Source: Octopus bimaculoides | Lineage: Eukaryota | Length of the DNA: 64,000 nucleotides | Direction: 5' to 3' | Assembly: GCF_001194135.2 (NCBI RefSeq) | Contig: NC_068982.1 | Location: 37,334,466 to 37,398,465, forward strand | In this document: piece after piece, positions 50,967-63,410 of the stretch | How the letters are laid out: each line of letters begins with the position of its first letter | Position numbering within the stretch: the stretch's first letter is position 1 | Notes under the pieces: generated by a model | The model's database searches: none | Told to the model about the DNA's origin: nothing | The model's input: only the letters and a program-made list of their open reading frames with translations | Made by a program: the position numbers and the translations under genes

Positions 50967-51704
50967 TTTATATTTCATATCTTAGTTGAGCATTATAGAC
51001 AGATACAATAAGTACCAAACTATAAATAAGTAGGTGATTAGCTAAAATCTTTGGGGCAGTGCCCCAGCATGGTCACAGCCCAATGGCTGACACAAGTAAA
51101 AGAGTCAAAGTAAGAATACTATAAAATTATTAGGTTAATGTGTCATATGTTTACAGGACTTTTCAGCTATTCAAGCCTTCCCTACTGCTTTTTCATTACA
51201 GCATTGAACACATCTGCTTGCTTGCTTGCTTGCTTTACTTGACCTGATAATGTATTCAGCTTCTAAGTCACTGTTGCTTAGTGGCAGAAAGGATCAAAAC
51301 AATTGGTCCAGCTAAAGTCATTCTGTCCTTTAAAGAATAGCTGTAATGTGTTCCTGTGGACATGTGTGTTTGTGTGTGTGTGTAGGAGAGAGAGAGTGAG
51401 AGTGAAAGAATGATAAAGAGTGGAAGGGATCACTCTCAAGGATACATTTCCAGCTATAAATCATCTTCGCATCATAGTCAAGTGAAGGTATAGTGGTGGT
51501 AGCACAGCAGTGGTGATAAAATTTGGCACAGCAGTGGTGATAAAAGTAGTGGAAACAGCACACCCTGGCCTTGAAAACATCTGTTAAAAAAACGAAAAAA
51601 AAAATTTTGAAATATGATTGAAAAGGAAATTGACCAATAAAAAGAGCTTTAGACAGTATGGATGTAGGTCTTTGTATATGTATACACAACTATTCACAGT
51701 GTAT

Positions 51705-51900
51705 GTATTGCCCCTCAATAATCTCAGGCCTTGTGCCTGTAATAGAAAGAATTACTATTCTGCATGAGGTTGACTTTGCTTTTCATCCTTTCAAGATTGA
51801 TAAATCAAGTACCAGTGAAACACTGGGGTTGATGTAATCTATTAGATGCCTCCCCCACAATTACAGGCTTTATGCCTATAGTAGAAAGGATTATTATTAT
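51705..51900 (+). mobile_element. Partial SINE (14247 family) with duplicated tail
   Basis: caggccttgtgcctgtaatagaaagaatt, then gactttgcttttcatcctttc core, then caggctttatgcctatagtagaaaggatt. Confidence 0.7.
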
Positions 51901-51910
51901 TTTTAATTAA

Positions 51911-52302
51911 AATACTTTGATTTGGCTCTGTGCAACTTTAAGTTTTGCAGACTTCTTCCAGAAATCTAGCTCATTCAGGCTGAATGGAAAAATTCAGGAA
52001 GTCCAAGATGGCTACTGGAAAATGGGCTGCCATTGGTCAAGATGGGTCACATTGTGTTGTTAGAAGTGAGATCAGCATTTCAGCAACACCAGATGCATTA
52101 GAAAGAAGTTTCTTGGACTGTGGGGCTGGATAGGAAGCTGGTGGCGCTGAAATGCCGATCTCACCTCTAACAACATCATGACCAAATAGCAGCCCATTTT
52201 CCTGTAGCCATCTTGGACTTCCTGTATTTTTCTGTTCAGTAATCTGAGCCTGAACAAGCTAGGTCTCCGTAAGAAGCCTGCATGGAACCAAATCAAACTG
52301 CC
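51911..52302. mobile_element. Long fold-back MITE flanked by TTAA (possibly Kolobok-type)
   Basis: Arms about 51911-52092 and 52138-52302 are reverse complements (e.g. caggaagtccaagatggctac / gtagccatcttggacttcctg); TTAA at 51907-51910 and 52303-52306. Confidence 0.85.
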
Positions 52303-52394
52303 TTAACATATGTAACTCCTACTTAATGTGCTGAATACCTTTCTTGTTTATTCATTTTGTGTGTGCGTGCGTGCATACACATCTATGTATCTAT

Positions 52395-52618
52395 ATATCA
52401 AAATGTAACTACATGTGGATTGTTGGCGATTTTTTTTCCTCTATCTTCCTTTTCTTTTGAACTTTCTTCTGTCTCCTGTTTCTGAAGAAGAGCTTTGCTC
52501 GAAATGTAAAGCTACCTTTCTTTCTTTCCCTGAGCATCTGTTAATACTTTGCATGTACCACGTCCTCGCATTGTTTTTTGTTTCTTGTATTTTTTCTTCG
52601 TCTTTTTTGGATTAACTA
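52395..52618 (+). mobile_element. Probable Penelope-like element pseudo-LTR fragment
   Basis: Pyrimidine-rich segment carrying the minimal hammerhead motif typical of PLE repeats; family assignment inferred from that motif. Confidence 0.55.
52478..52512 (+). ncRNA. Minimal type I hammerhead ribozyme-like motif
   Basis: GUUU-CUGAAGA-A-GAGC(UUU)GCUC-GAAA-UGUA-AAGC: core, stem II, GUA triplet and a 4-bp stem I. Confidence 0.62.
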
Positions 52619-53056
52619 TATGTATATACATATATATATGTGTATGTGTGTGAGAGAGAGAGAGAGAGACTTAGAATGAAAAAGTTATCTGCAACAGAAC
52701 TAAAGAATTTGCTTTACCTGCTATAAGTTTATTTTACTTTTCCTAACATTCAGAGCTGATAATTTCCTAGAAAGATGTTTTCACTGTGTTTTGTGAAGTT
52801 TGCATTAGCTCCTTTGTTTCTTCCTTTTTTTGTATGTGCTTGACAGTTGGATGCCTTTCCCACCACCAACCATTCCACAACATGTGTTGAGTGTGTTTTA
52901 TCCTACCTCAGACACAAGAGAGATTGTCTGCAACACAATTAAAAAATTGCCTATATTTTGTATGATTTCTTACCTTTACCACCTTTACTGTGGCTTGCAG
53001 GGTTTACATCTCCTTTCAATGATTAGAACAAAACTCTTTTTAATTCCTCTTAGGTT

Positions 53057-53280
53057 TAAGACAGTGATCTGGTTGAATCGCTAGCACACCAGGCAAAATG
53101 TTTAGCAGCATTTCATGTCTTTACATTCTGAGTTCAAATTCCACTGAGATCAACTTTGCCTTTTGTCCTTTTGGTGTCACTAAAATAAGTACCAGATAAG
53201 CACTGGGGTCAATGTAATCGACTTACCCCTTGCCCTGAAATTACTGGCCTTGTGCCAAAATTTGAAACCAATTACTATTA
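53057..53280 (+). mobile_element. SINE, 14247 family, near full length
   Basis: ctgagttcaaattcc, aactttgcctttt, aaaataagtaccag, cactggggtcaatgtaatcgac, ggccttgtgccaaaatttgaaacc. Confidence 0.82.
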
Positions 53281-53480
53281 GGTTTGTTAGTATTGTCAAA
53301 CTTCTTGTAGCCAAGAAGTTGAGAAATCATATCTGTCCATCATTTAATGGGAGAGGATATGCTTAATTACCAAGAGAGTCTGCAAAAGGTAAGCTAAACG
53401 TGCCTGGCATAAAAACTGCCACAGTTATATAGGTAGGGTAAGGGGGTTACGGAACTTGTTTTAGGTGTCTGGAAATGAGG

Positions 53481-53518
<38 letters not shown>

Positions 53519-56500
53519 ACATACTCATACATAGTGATTAGCCACAGTTTATTGCTCTATGCAGCACTAACACTCATTTATGACAAATATTTCATGAAAC
53601 CTATCCACATTTGGAGATAACTGTCAATTATTTAAAACTTTGAAAACTGGGGTAATAAGCTCTGCTATGCTGCAACACTTAATGTGTGTGTATAGTGTAG
53701 GTGTATTAATACCCAGACCAATTAAAAGATAAAAACCAATCTCAATCTTAAAATTTCTGATATTTAAAATCTGGCCTTAAATCTGGTGATGATATTGGAT
53801 AAGATTTTAAGAGCAGAATGTTGACTTCTATTTAACATCTTTGCCAGTAATAATGTCAGTTAAGCATTCTAATATGAAATTGCGAGGTTTTGCATGTGTA
53901 TGCCATATGTTAATTTGGGGATTTATATTTAAGTAGTGTAATACACATGTACATTGTGCATGTATACACTGGCTTGTATAATCTGGCCATGCAAATTATA
54001 TCTAATGTAGATGTAGATGTGTGTGTGTGTATTTCATCATTATCATCATTTTACTTGTGTTTTTCTATGCAGGAAGAGTGTAGCTTATCGCTTGTAATAA
54101 TAGTCTCATTTTGATTCTTTGAGCCTTCTTTATCACTAAGTTGATGAATTCACTTTACACAATGAAGCTCACACAGGCCCTTTGGAAGTTGTTGAGACTA
54201 TTTATGCTTCATTTGCAAGTTTCATGCACTACCACCCCATCTCTCTCTCTCTCTCTCCCTTCCCTCCCTCTTTCTCTCCCTTATAATTTTAATTTGTTTA
54301 CTTTTATTATATAGTATGTTTTGAGATAGTTTTTAACAACAATCAATCAGTATAGGGATTTTCCATGAAGATGATAACTTAAAATTAAAAGCAATCTTGC
54401 TACATATTTTGAAGACTGTCATTACATAATAGTTTAAGTATTTATTACTCTTCGTTTGTGCAGTGTTGTTAGCAAATGATGTAATCTTGATGTGCAAAAG
54501 TAAATATACTAGATTTTATTTCATGATCAAGTCTAGAAATGACTGAGATGTAATACATTTCTTTGAATGTTCACTTAGAAAGTTTTCTTTTTCAAGTGAT
54601 TTCATTGGTTATTTCACTCTTGTTAGTTACTATTCATGTTTTAACCTTGTTTATATAATAACAAAGTCCACGGCTTCTCTGTTTTCATTAGTTTTACTCA
54701 TTTGTTTTCTACTCTTCTCTATAAATATTTGTGCTATATTCCATTAGCTGCCTTAAACTTCCAATTAATTCAATGACTAATAATCTTTTAGAATTAATTA
54801 CAATTCACCGGATCTTACTACACTGAATGAATGCTACTCTTTAGAATATCTGTTTTCATCAATTTCTCTTTTAATTCATTTGTAGATTTATTCCAGAGAG
54901 ATGGTGCTTTCTTTTTAATTTATCTTTTAAAGAAATAATGTTTTCAAAATTAATCAGGATCTTTTTTTTTTTTTTAACTTTTCTATTTTTATTCTTAATC
55001 AAAATTTCACTGATTACTTTGGTTTTTGACAAATGGTTTGATTTGTTTTTTTATTAGATATGCCCAAAATTGTCTGTATTGAAGCTTTAAAAAAATGTTC
55101 AGTTTATTTATTTTTGTGTACTGCTCTGTATCACTTTGTACACACAATTGTTAAAACTGTTCAACTTAGCAACAACTCTTCTGTAGAAATATTGACTCTG
55201 GAATAGACAGAATTGTTTGGCATTTTCCACATGGTGCATTATTCTGATGCCAATGAGTTCTCTTTTTTCCTTTTTTTTTTAACCCCATTTTTCCTTTATT
55301 AATGTTTTACTGTTGTATTAGTCATTGGTTTAGCTCTGATATTCATTATTCATTCTCCTCAACAGCCGTCTAAACTGAGATATTTGCTGTTACTTTTAAA
55401 CTTTACTTCCCTTTCCTAGCTAAAAACTAAGACTATTTTCACTGTAGATATGACAGATTGCCTTTTAAAAAGAGTGTGAGAATTAAAATAAGAAATCTTC
55501 CTACAATTACTAAGGAAAAAAGTTCAATTATTTTATTCAAGCTATACTAGAATTTTCATGATCAAAATCTTGCAAAGAAATATTTATGTTCATAGATATA
55601 ATGATCATTTAGATATATTTAACCAAACTAAATTATTGAAGAAGGGGAGTATTGTGTGTGTGTGTGTATATATATGTATGTATATGTGTGTATATATATG
55701 TATATATATATATATAGTATTCTTATTGATCATTTTAAAAGATATCATCTTTATAACTGGGTTTTTTTTAATGTTCTTGTTCATTTGTTGTTGATGAAAG
55801 AATCATTTCCTTACACTCCCTTATTTTACTCCTTACGCTGCTTTTATTTTGGTTAAACTAAAAGGTCAGTTGGGCATGTATATAACTAGATTGATTGGTT
55901 TGTGGCATAAGGGTTCTTGTGGCTAGTGACTAAGTGCAGGAATGCTAAAGTAGAATAATTAATGAAGGTAAGAAGGAGGCAGTTGAAACAAATGTATTAA
56001 GAGACTATAAATGAAGCTAAAGGAGATGTGTATAATGTATAAAAAGAAAGATATTTTTAAAAATTAATGAAGATAACTGGTTCGTAGGAAATAATGCATA
56101 AAAGAAGCAAATACTTGTTGGTAACTCCAGGTCTATACTAATTGAGCAGACCTATGGTCCAAGATAGTCCAGCTATAGCTAGAACAGATATTTTTCTCTT
56201 TTCTAATGTATCTAGGACTACATTATTTAATGTATCCTTCTTCCTTTAAAATGACAGAGTATGGTTTGAGGATATTTGGCTGCTATTTCTAGCTGCTCAC
56301 ATGACCACAGAGGCTCTCTTTTGTTAGCTCATAACAGATACTTGTTTCTTACTTAGGCAGCGGGCCAACTGTTAAAGTAGAGGAATATTATTGATTTCAT
56401 CCCAGTCAACTGTTAGAGTAATGTTATTGATTTCATTAACTCTTAATATATTACTGGTACTTATCCTATCATTCTCAAATGGAGAAAGGGCAAAATAAAT

Positions 56501-57783
56501 CTTGGTTGGATGATATTTTCAGACAAAAATATAAATAGCAAGAGTGAACAAGCCAGCTGCATATATCCTTTATCAATATATTAAATTTGATCACACAGGT
56601 TTTTAACCTTGATAACTAATACAAGCACTCTCAAGAACTATAGGAGAAAGGATAAAATACTGAAGATGGAAATAAATAGTATGATGAGTACAAGAGCTTA
56701 ATTTATAATTAAACACAATTTGTGGCTAGAGATAAGCTACTTGTGTATTTGATAAATAAAATTAAGCCTTCGTTTTTTTTGTTTTTTTTGTTTGTTTTTT
56801 ATTCATTCAAAGAAATATTTTTATATATTATGTGAGATGATAAAATAAGATTTATACTTCACTAATTGTACATGTTGTCAGAATGATTATGGTTTTCATA
56901 CTTTTTATTAATATATTTGGTTCTCAACAAACTAAATTTAAAGTTTACTATGAAATCATAATTTTTTTTAATCTTGCATTATTCTTTCACTTACCACCAT
57001 TAAATACAGCATTCTCTCTAGTATTTTATTGTTAGTCTTTTTTTTGTTTGTTTTTATTGAGAAATAAATGACATGAACTTGCGTCATTCTATTTAAAATA
57101 ATGATAATAGTAACAAAATTATTGTATACACTGTTCAGGTGCACTACAACGCATCAGAAAAAGTAACCAAAAGTGCATGAATAGTACATAGAATAATGCA
57201 CAGAAAGTTAACAAGGAATTCAAGAATTCAAAAAGTTGTCCAAGTCAATTGCCAAATGTCAGAACTTTAATGTCTCTATGCCCAGGAAAACAAGATATTC
57301 AGAGTATGGTAGATGCCTGATGGCAGGTATTCATCTGGTTGCATGTTTCTGAACAGTTTACAGGAGATTGATATGCTGAGCAAGATAGGGGTTTCAGTCT
57401 GGTGGTGCAAACTCTAAATTGAACTAGTTAGCTTAACAAATGTTGACTGGATAACCTAGAATAATTTATGTGAAAATATTGGGTAAACATAACAGATATC
57501 AGTTTTCTTGAAGAAGATTATTGGTAAATGAACAATTTAGAGACAAAACTCTTCAAGTAAAATTTACATGTTTTAAATTAAATGTTAAGTGGCATGGCTT
57601 TCAGAGTAATCTGTTAAAATAAGCAAAGATCTTTTTTTGCCTTTGTAAATCGTGAGAGTTGAACTAGTTAAAGCTCAAAATTGCTATAACTGTAGCTGTT
57701 CGAAATGAAAATTTTAGATTTTTTTTATACTCTTTCAAAATTGTTGTTTGCAAATAATCATGGATTATTATTATTATTATTAT

Positions 57784-58842
57784 ATGAAACCTCATAGCTT
57801 ATTTTGTTGGGTATGATGGAAAGTGTCAGCTGTCCACAGCCAACAGACTAAGGTGACACTTGTTTTACTGGTCATGCTTCAAGAACCCTGTGAAGAATTC
57901 TTGCAGTTCCAAGCAATGCTGACTTTTGTAGGTGTTCTACCTTCACACTTGCACTGATCTTTTTCAGCCATGTTGGTAGTTGAGTGCTGATACTTCCAAG
58001 TGATCCAATTACTATTGGTATCACGTCTACTCTCCTCATTGACCACAACCTTCATATTTCCTTCTTCAAATCATCATAGTTGTTTATTTTTTCTTCTTCT
58101 TTCACATTGATCCTGTTGTCACTGGGGCATGCTATGTCGATTATCATACATGTTCTTTCTTTTTTATTCACTACAACCATGTCTGGTTGGGTTATCGCAC
58201 TGGATCATTGCATCCCACAGGATTTTGCAATTCTCGTTTTTGGGCACTCCTTCTGGAGTTTGCTCATACCACATCTTTGCTCTTTGTTGGCCATTGTTTC
58301 CACAGAGCACCCAATGGATCATTCTTGCCACATTGTCATGGCGTCTTTTGGATTTGCATTGCGCCAATTTTGGGCATTTGCTAATGATGTGCCATACCAT
58401 TTCACTGTATTGGCGTTCACATCTCTTGCAAACTGACCATACATTTTCTTTTCCTTCCATGCTTTTTCTTTTTTTTTTATTCATTTCTTGTTTAAATTTT
58501 TTTTTAGTTACTCAATTTCAGTGTTTTTTATATACCGCCCTAGGCTGTTTTTCTCTGCTTCGATACAGTCCTGGCAACTGATTAAACCTCTCACACCCTT
58601 TCTTCTGGACAAGTACAGCCTATCTGTCACTGTTAGGGTGGAAGGCTCTGTGTACTGTCAACATTTTTCTGGTTCTGGTATCCATTTTCTTCACTTCGCT
58701 CTTTTGCCATTTTATAGTTCTCGTTCCATACCAAAGTAATGCTATCGCACACGTATTAACTGCTTGGATTCTATTCCGTCCAGTCAATTTTGAACTCAAC
58801 ACCAACCTCAGTCTTCAGAAATACTCCATCCTCAGTTGCTCT
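57784..58842 (-). mobile_element. 5'-truncated R4/Dong-like non-LTR retrotransposon with restriction-like endonuclease
   Basis: Minus strand: RT C-terminus [22 protein letters not shown] + RRHDNVARMIHW, KILWD, REL PDMVVVNKKERTCMIIDIACP...EKINNY, IVIGSLG, QKSALLGTARILHRVL*; stops and deletions; (TAA)n on both sides. Confidence 0.9.
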
Positions 58843-58864
58843 ATTATTATTGTTATTATTATTA

Positions 58865-58895
<31 letters not shown>

Positions 58896-58926
58896 CATTA
58901 TTATCACTACTACTATTATTATTTTT
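58843..58926. repeat. Interrupted (TTA)n tract abutting the exon 66-equivalent acceptor
   Basis: Direct reading. Confidence 0.95.
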
Positions 58927-58928
58927 AG

Positions 58929-59014
58929 TTCCCGGACAGGAAAAGTAAGAGTTTTGTCTTTCAAAATTGGAGTTGTTTTATTGTCAAAGGCTCATCTTGA
59001 AGAAAAATATCGTT
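58929..59014 (+). CDS. DMD: Dystrophin exon, human exon 66 equivalent, phase 2 to 1
   Basis: ttttag/gtaagt borders, 86 nt; (V)[28 protein letters not shown](Y). Required to keep frame between the flanking exons. Confidence 0.96.
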
Positions 59015-59715
59015 GTAAGTATTAATGTTTCTTTAAACAAATTAATATATTTTATGTGTTGGCTTAACCAAGCATTTTAGAGAGTGATGTGTGTAAACAT
59101 GAAAAAACTTTTTGGAATTCTTTTAATTGAAACTTAGTTCTAACAATTAATCATTCTGATCTTTTGATATAAAATGGCTTATTCAATAGAGTATCCAAAA
59201 ATCATATAGTAAAAATAATTTTACTTTCATAGTATAAAAAAGGAAATACCAAGTAAAATACAACTAAGGTAGTTTCTGTTAGTGAGTTAAAATTATGAAA
59301 ACACCTGAGTGACTGGTTCAATCCATTGGTCTCTATGTTAGTATGTTTCCTTTCTTTCTGTTTTTACTATAAGTAACTAGTTCATTACTGACAGCTTTCA
59401 TTGTTTGTAGGAGTGGGTTATTCATTATGTTCTGTTTTAAAGTTGTTTGTTATTTGAAACATTGTAAGTCACTATCAAATTTTAATCATTATCTCTGTTT
59501 AAATTTAATTGTTTTAAATTTCTAATAGATATTTTTCTTGACATTAGTTAAGCTGTCAACTAGGATTTGAACTCTTTTCTGAGAGTTAGTTGATCAATGT
59601 CTTTTTTTAGTTAATTGTTTTGTTATGCACAGTTCTTTAATGTTTTTTTTTTTCACTTATCATGTGGCTTGTCAAATACAAAATAAGAAATGAAGAATTG
59701 TACTTCTTTCAACAG

Positions 59716-59873
59716 ATTTGTTTCGACTAATTGCTGATGCAAATGGATTTGCAGACCAGCGGAAACTTGGCTTGTTAATTCATGACTGTATGCAAATACC
59801 ACGCCAACTTGGTGAAATTGCCTCATTTGGAGGAAGTAATATTGAACCAAGTGTCCGCAGCTGTTTTGAAAAG
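59716..59873 (+). CDS. DMD: Dystrophin exon, human exon 67 equivalent, phase 1 to 0
   Basis: caacag/gtaagt borders, 158 nt; (Y)[52 protein letters not shown]. Confidence 0.98.
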
Positions 59874-60193
59874 GTAAGTGTCTTATCTCTCATTGCCGAT
59901 TAATATACACGCATATTTTCCAATTTAAGTTTGAATTTTGATTATTTCATGCCTCTCCACCTTTTCCACTTATATCAATTTTGTTCATACTTGCATATAA
60001 GGATAATCATTTTATGTCTAGACAGCAATGTTATATCATCATAGTGTTTTTGTTACCAGGCACACCTAATCAGCAAAACATGCATAGTTAGAATTTCATT
60101 ATGGAATACTTAACATTTTCTTTCAAAATTTAATGCTTCCTGATGTTTACCTGTATGTGCATATGGTTGTATTTGTGTGCATATACATAGTCA

Positions 60194-60240
60194 TACATAC
60201 ATACATACATACATACATACATACATACATACATACATAC
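60194..60240. repeat. (CATA)n microsatellite
   Basis: Direct reading. Confidence 0.95.
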
Positions 60241-60394
60241 AGTTGTCCCTCAGTTAACATAGTATATCTATATATATATCATTCTATCTACCAGACTATC
60301 AGATGTCCTTATACATCACTGGTCACAATGTGCTTCCATTCTTCCCTTTATTGTACCCTTCTCTTTCATTTGTGCCCCCATCTTTTTTTTTTCT

Positions 60395-60880
60395 CTCTCT
60401 TTTACTATGGCATCTTCCCAGTCCAACTGGTCTTTTCTGGTCTTTTGAATGCCATTAGACAACTGCACAGGTCTGTTTGTTGTCATTCAGTTTTGTGACA
60501 TGTTTGGCCCAGCAGAAGTTGTGCTTTCAGTATTTTGCAGTCACTTCTTTACTTCTCTCTCTTTTCAAATTACCTCATTTCCAATATGCTTCCACAACAA
60601 TATTCTTAGTATGGATCTTTCCATAGCTCTGTATCATAGCTTGCAGGTGTTCTTCCTTCTTTATGTAGCCTATTCCTCACTTGTATTTAGGTGCACAGGT
60701 TAAAGAGACTGGCATGCAGAGTCTTGTCTAGCTGTGCATTGAGTGTATCTTTAATCAAGGCAAATGCCTTCCATCATACTCTTATGCAGCAGAAAATTTC
60801 AATTTCCATGTTTCAGCATATATTTATTGTCAGTCCCAAGTAGATGCACTCCTTCACCTCCTCATTTTCATTATTTCCCA
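60395..60880 (-). mobile_element. Degenerate RTE RT C-terminal remnant
   Basis: Minus fragments EEVKECIYLG, RAMERSILRI, WAKHVTK, WHSKDQKRP. Confidence 0.7.
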
Positions 60881-61030
60881 CAATATTCAACCTTGTGCTA
60901 CATTTATTAATATTAATATAATACTAGCTGACTCCATTGATATTCCACCAATTAATTAGAAACAACCACTAAGTATTGAGGATCAATATGACATTTTAAA
61001 TGTTTAACTTATAATAATAATAATAATAAT

Positions 61031-61211
61031 NNNNNNNNNNNNNNNNNNNNNNNNNNNNNNNNNNNNNNNNNNNNNNNNNNNNNNNNNNNNNNNNNNNNNN
61101 NNNNNNNNNNNNNNNNNNNNNNNNNNNNNNNNNNNNNNNNNNNNNNNNNNNNNNNNNNNNNNNNNNNNNNNNNNNNNNNNNNNNNNNNNNNNNNNNNNNN
61201 NNNNNNNNNNN
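61031..61211. other. Assembly gap (N run)
   Basis: Ns between (TAA)n and (TA)n. Confidence 0.99.
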
Positions 61212-61674
61212 TATATATATATAAAACCTAAGTACATACATACAACACAACAAAATAAATCAAATGAATTAAACAAATAACTAAAACTATTGAAATGGAA
61301 TATTTTACTCATTTATAACTAGATAATAAACAATACATATACAAAAACAAAGTAAAATGAACAATGCTTTTTGTGAAAGTCCTTTTTTAGTTCACACATA
61401 TATGAATGCTAATGGTGCACATTCATATACACAAACCACCCCAACTCTCTCCCACAAACATGTACACACTGCTAATTGTTGTATGTGTGTTTACACATCA
61501 AAGGCATTCATATATATGCATGTGCTTGTAGCATTCACTCTCTCTTGAACACTTTTACCATTCCCTTTCCACAGCATGACAAATTTTTTTATACCACTTG
61601 AACTTACCATTAGCACTTTAATACAATACATTCTATCAAGACTTGGAAAAAAAATGCCACTTCACAAATCTACT

Positions 61675-61830
61675 TGCATTGTTGTGATGGGAGATTTCAA
61701 TGCAAAGGTCAGAAAAGAGTGACTGAGCAGGAAATGTGTTAGAAAATTTGGATTGGGAGAGAAAACTGAAACAGGTGAACATTTTGTCACCATAGTAGGA
61801 GAAATGAAGACTTCCATCAAAATCCATGTG
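61675..61830 (+). mobile_element. LINE apurinic endonuclease remnant (RTE-like)
   Basis: IVVMGDFNAKV...KFGLGEKTETGE. Confidence 0.7.
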
Positions 61831-62094
61831 ATACACCTTGGCAGATAGTTGGTTTGGAGTTAGGCAACAGAAAGTATGTGAAGAAAATCAGGAGCAACAG
61901 CTAATGGAGGAGTGAAAGAGGAAAAAAGGGAGGGAGTGAGAGAGATATAAATGAAATATAGAGAGAAAAAGAAGATTTAAGAAGTCACAGTAGCTGGATA
62001 AATCTCTTAAGATGACAAAATAGGCTGTGTGTACTAGAATTATAGATAATTCTAAGTAAAAAGATGTGAACACCAGTAAATCGGAAAAAAATCA

Positions 62095-62280
62095 TTATCA
62101 TCATTATTTAATATCCATTTTCCATACTGGCATGAGTTAGATGATTTGACAGGAGCTGGCAAACCAGAGGATTGCGCCAAGCTCTACTGTGTGCTCTGTC
62201 ATGTTTCTATGGCTGATGCCCTTCATAATGTCAACTCTTTACAGAGTGCACTAAGTGCTTTTTACATGGCACTGGTGAGG
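62095..62280 (-). mobile_element. Element with RTE-type tail, antisense
   Basis: atcattatcatcatt, ccattttccatactggcatg, gatgcccttcataatg, gtgctttttacatggcactgg. Confidence 0.7.
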
Positions 62281-63091
62281 TCATCAAGCAACTTGTAAGA
62301 TAAAGACTTCTCAACTGAGAGGAGGAGAGGTACCGAGTGATAGGAGGTTAAACTATGAAGAGGGATGGAAGAAGGTGTTTTGCTGTTGAGGAGGTACGTG
62401 GTTACTCCACTCAGACAGAGAGAGTATGGTGGTGAAGATATGCCAGAGCATACCTTCAAGGTACAAGGAAGTGAATGTGGACTTGTATGGAGGATTAGAC
62501 CAGGTGAGTGAGAAGAGAGTTCATGAGAATACAAAAAAACAGTGATGGGAGTAGGAAGTAGAAGGGAAACACAGTGAGTGGTGAACACATGCAAAATAAG
62601 AATGGTGGGAGAGGGGAATGTGGCAAATGATGAACACTGGTATATAGGGGAGTGGCAGGATAGTAATGATACAGTTGGCAGGATAGGACAGGAAATAGAG
62701 CTTCCAAAGCAATGTTGGGCTGCGGGAGGAGGGGTTAATAAAAAACAAATTAACATGATAATACTCCTCATCAGTCATGTATCCTGGATTCATTACAGTT
62801 TCAGCACTAAACAGTGTTGTTCATGTTCATCCATAAAATGCCAGTGGTTGTAAACAATCACTTGGATGAAAGATGGAACACTTTACTTAACACTTAAAGG
62901 ATAGTGTCTTGTAATTAAAATGAAGTAGTCAACCGATACAGAGTCTTATGACTCAAATAAAAGGATAATATCTTTTAGCTAAAGATAAAATGAAGTTGAT
63001 GCCAATACAGATGTAAAAAGAAATGATTACTTTGTCAAAATAACTCCTAGGACAAACCAAGATATACTTATGCATACACAGGTGTGGGTAT

Positions 63092-63410
63092 AGATGCAGG
63101 CATGGCTGTGTGGTGGAGAAATTTTCTTCCCAACTACAAGCTTTCAGGTTCAGTCCCATTACATAGCACCAGTCACAACCTTGTGAGTGAATTTAGATGG
63201 AAACTGAAAGAAGGCTGTTGTATGTTTGTGTCTCTTCGTCTTGACACTACATGGTAGTTGTTAGCGTCACTACAACATCATACATGCAGTGTGATTCATT
63301 TCCAGTATTCTGTAAAAACATGTCCCGCCATGGGGAAATATTACTTAACTAGGAAGCAGGTGAGTGTTGGTGACAAGAAGGGCACCCAGCTGAGAAAATC
63401 TCCTTAACAC
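63092..63410 (+). mobile_element. tRNA-derived SINE (8917/9925 family)
   Basis: agatgcaggcatggctgtgtggt A box, caggttcagtccc B box, ggaaactgaaagaag, aagaagggcacccagctg. Confidence 0.75.

Noticed and set aside
56130-56330. Motif ggctgctatttctagc with antisense fragments near 7440 and 20360
   Set aside because: Looks like another dispersed repeat family, but too decayed to delimit or classify.
42177-58928. Apparent missing exon 66 equivalent, possibly hidden in the N gap
   Set aside because: The exon was found at 58929-59014.
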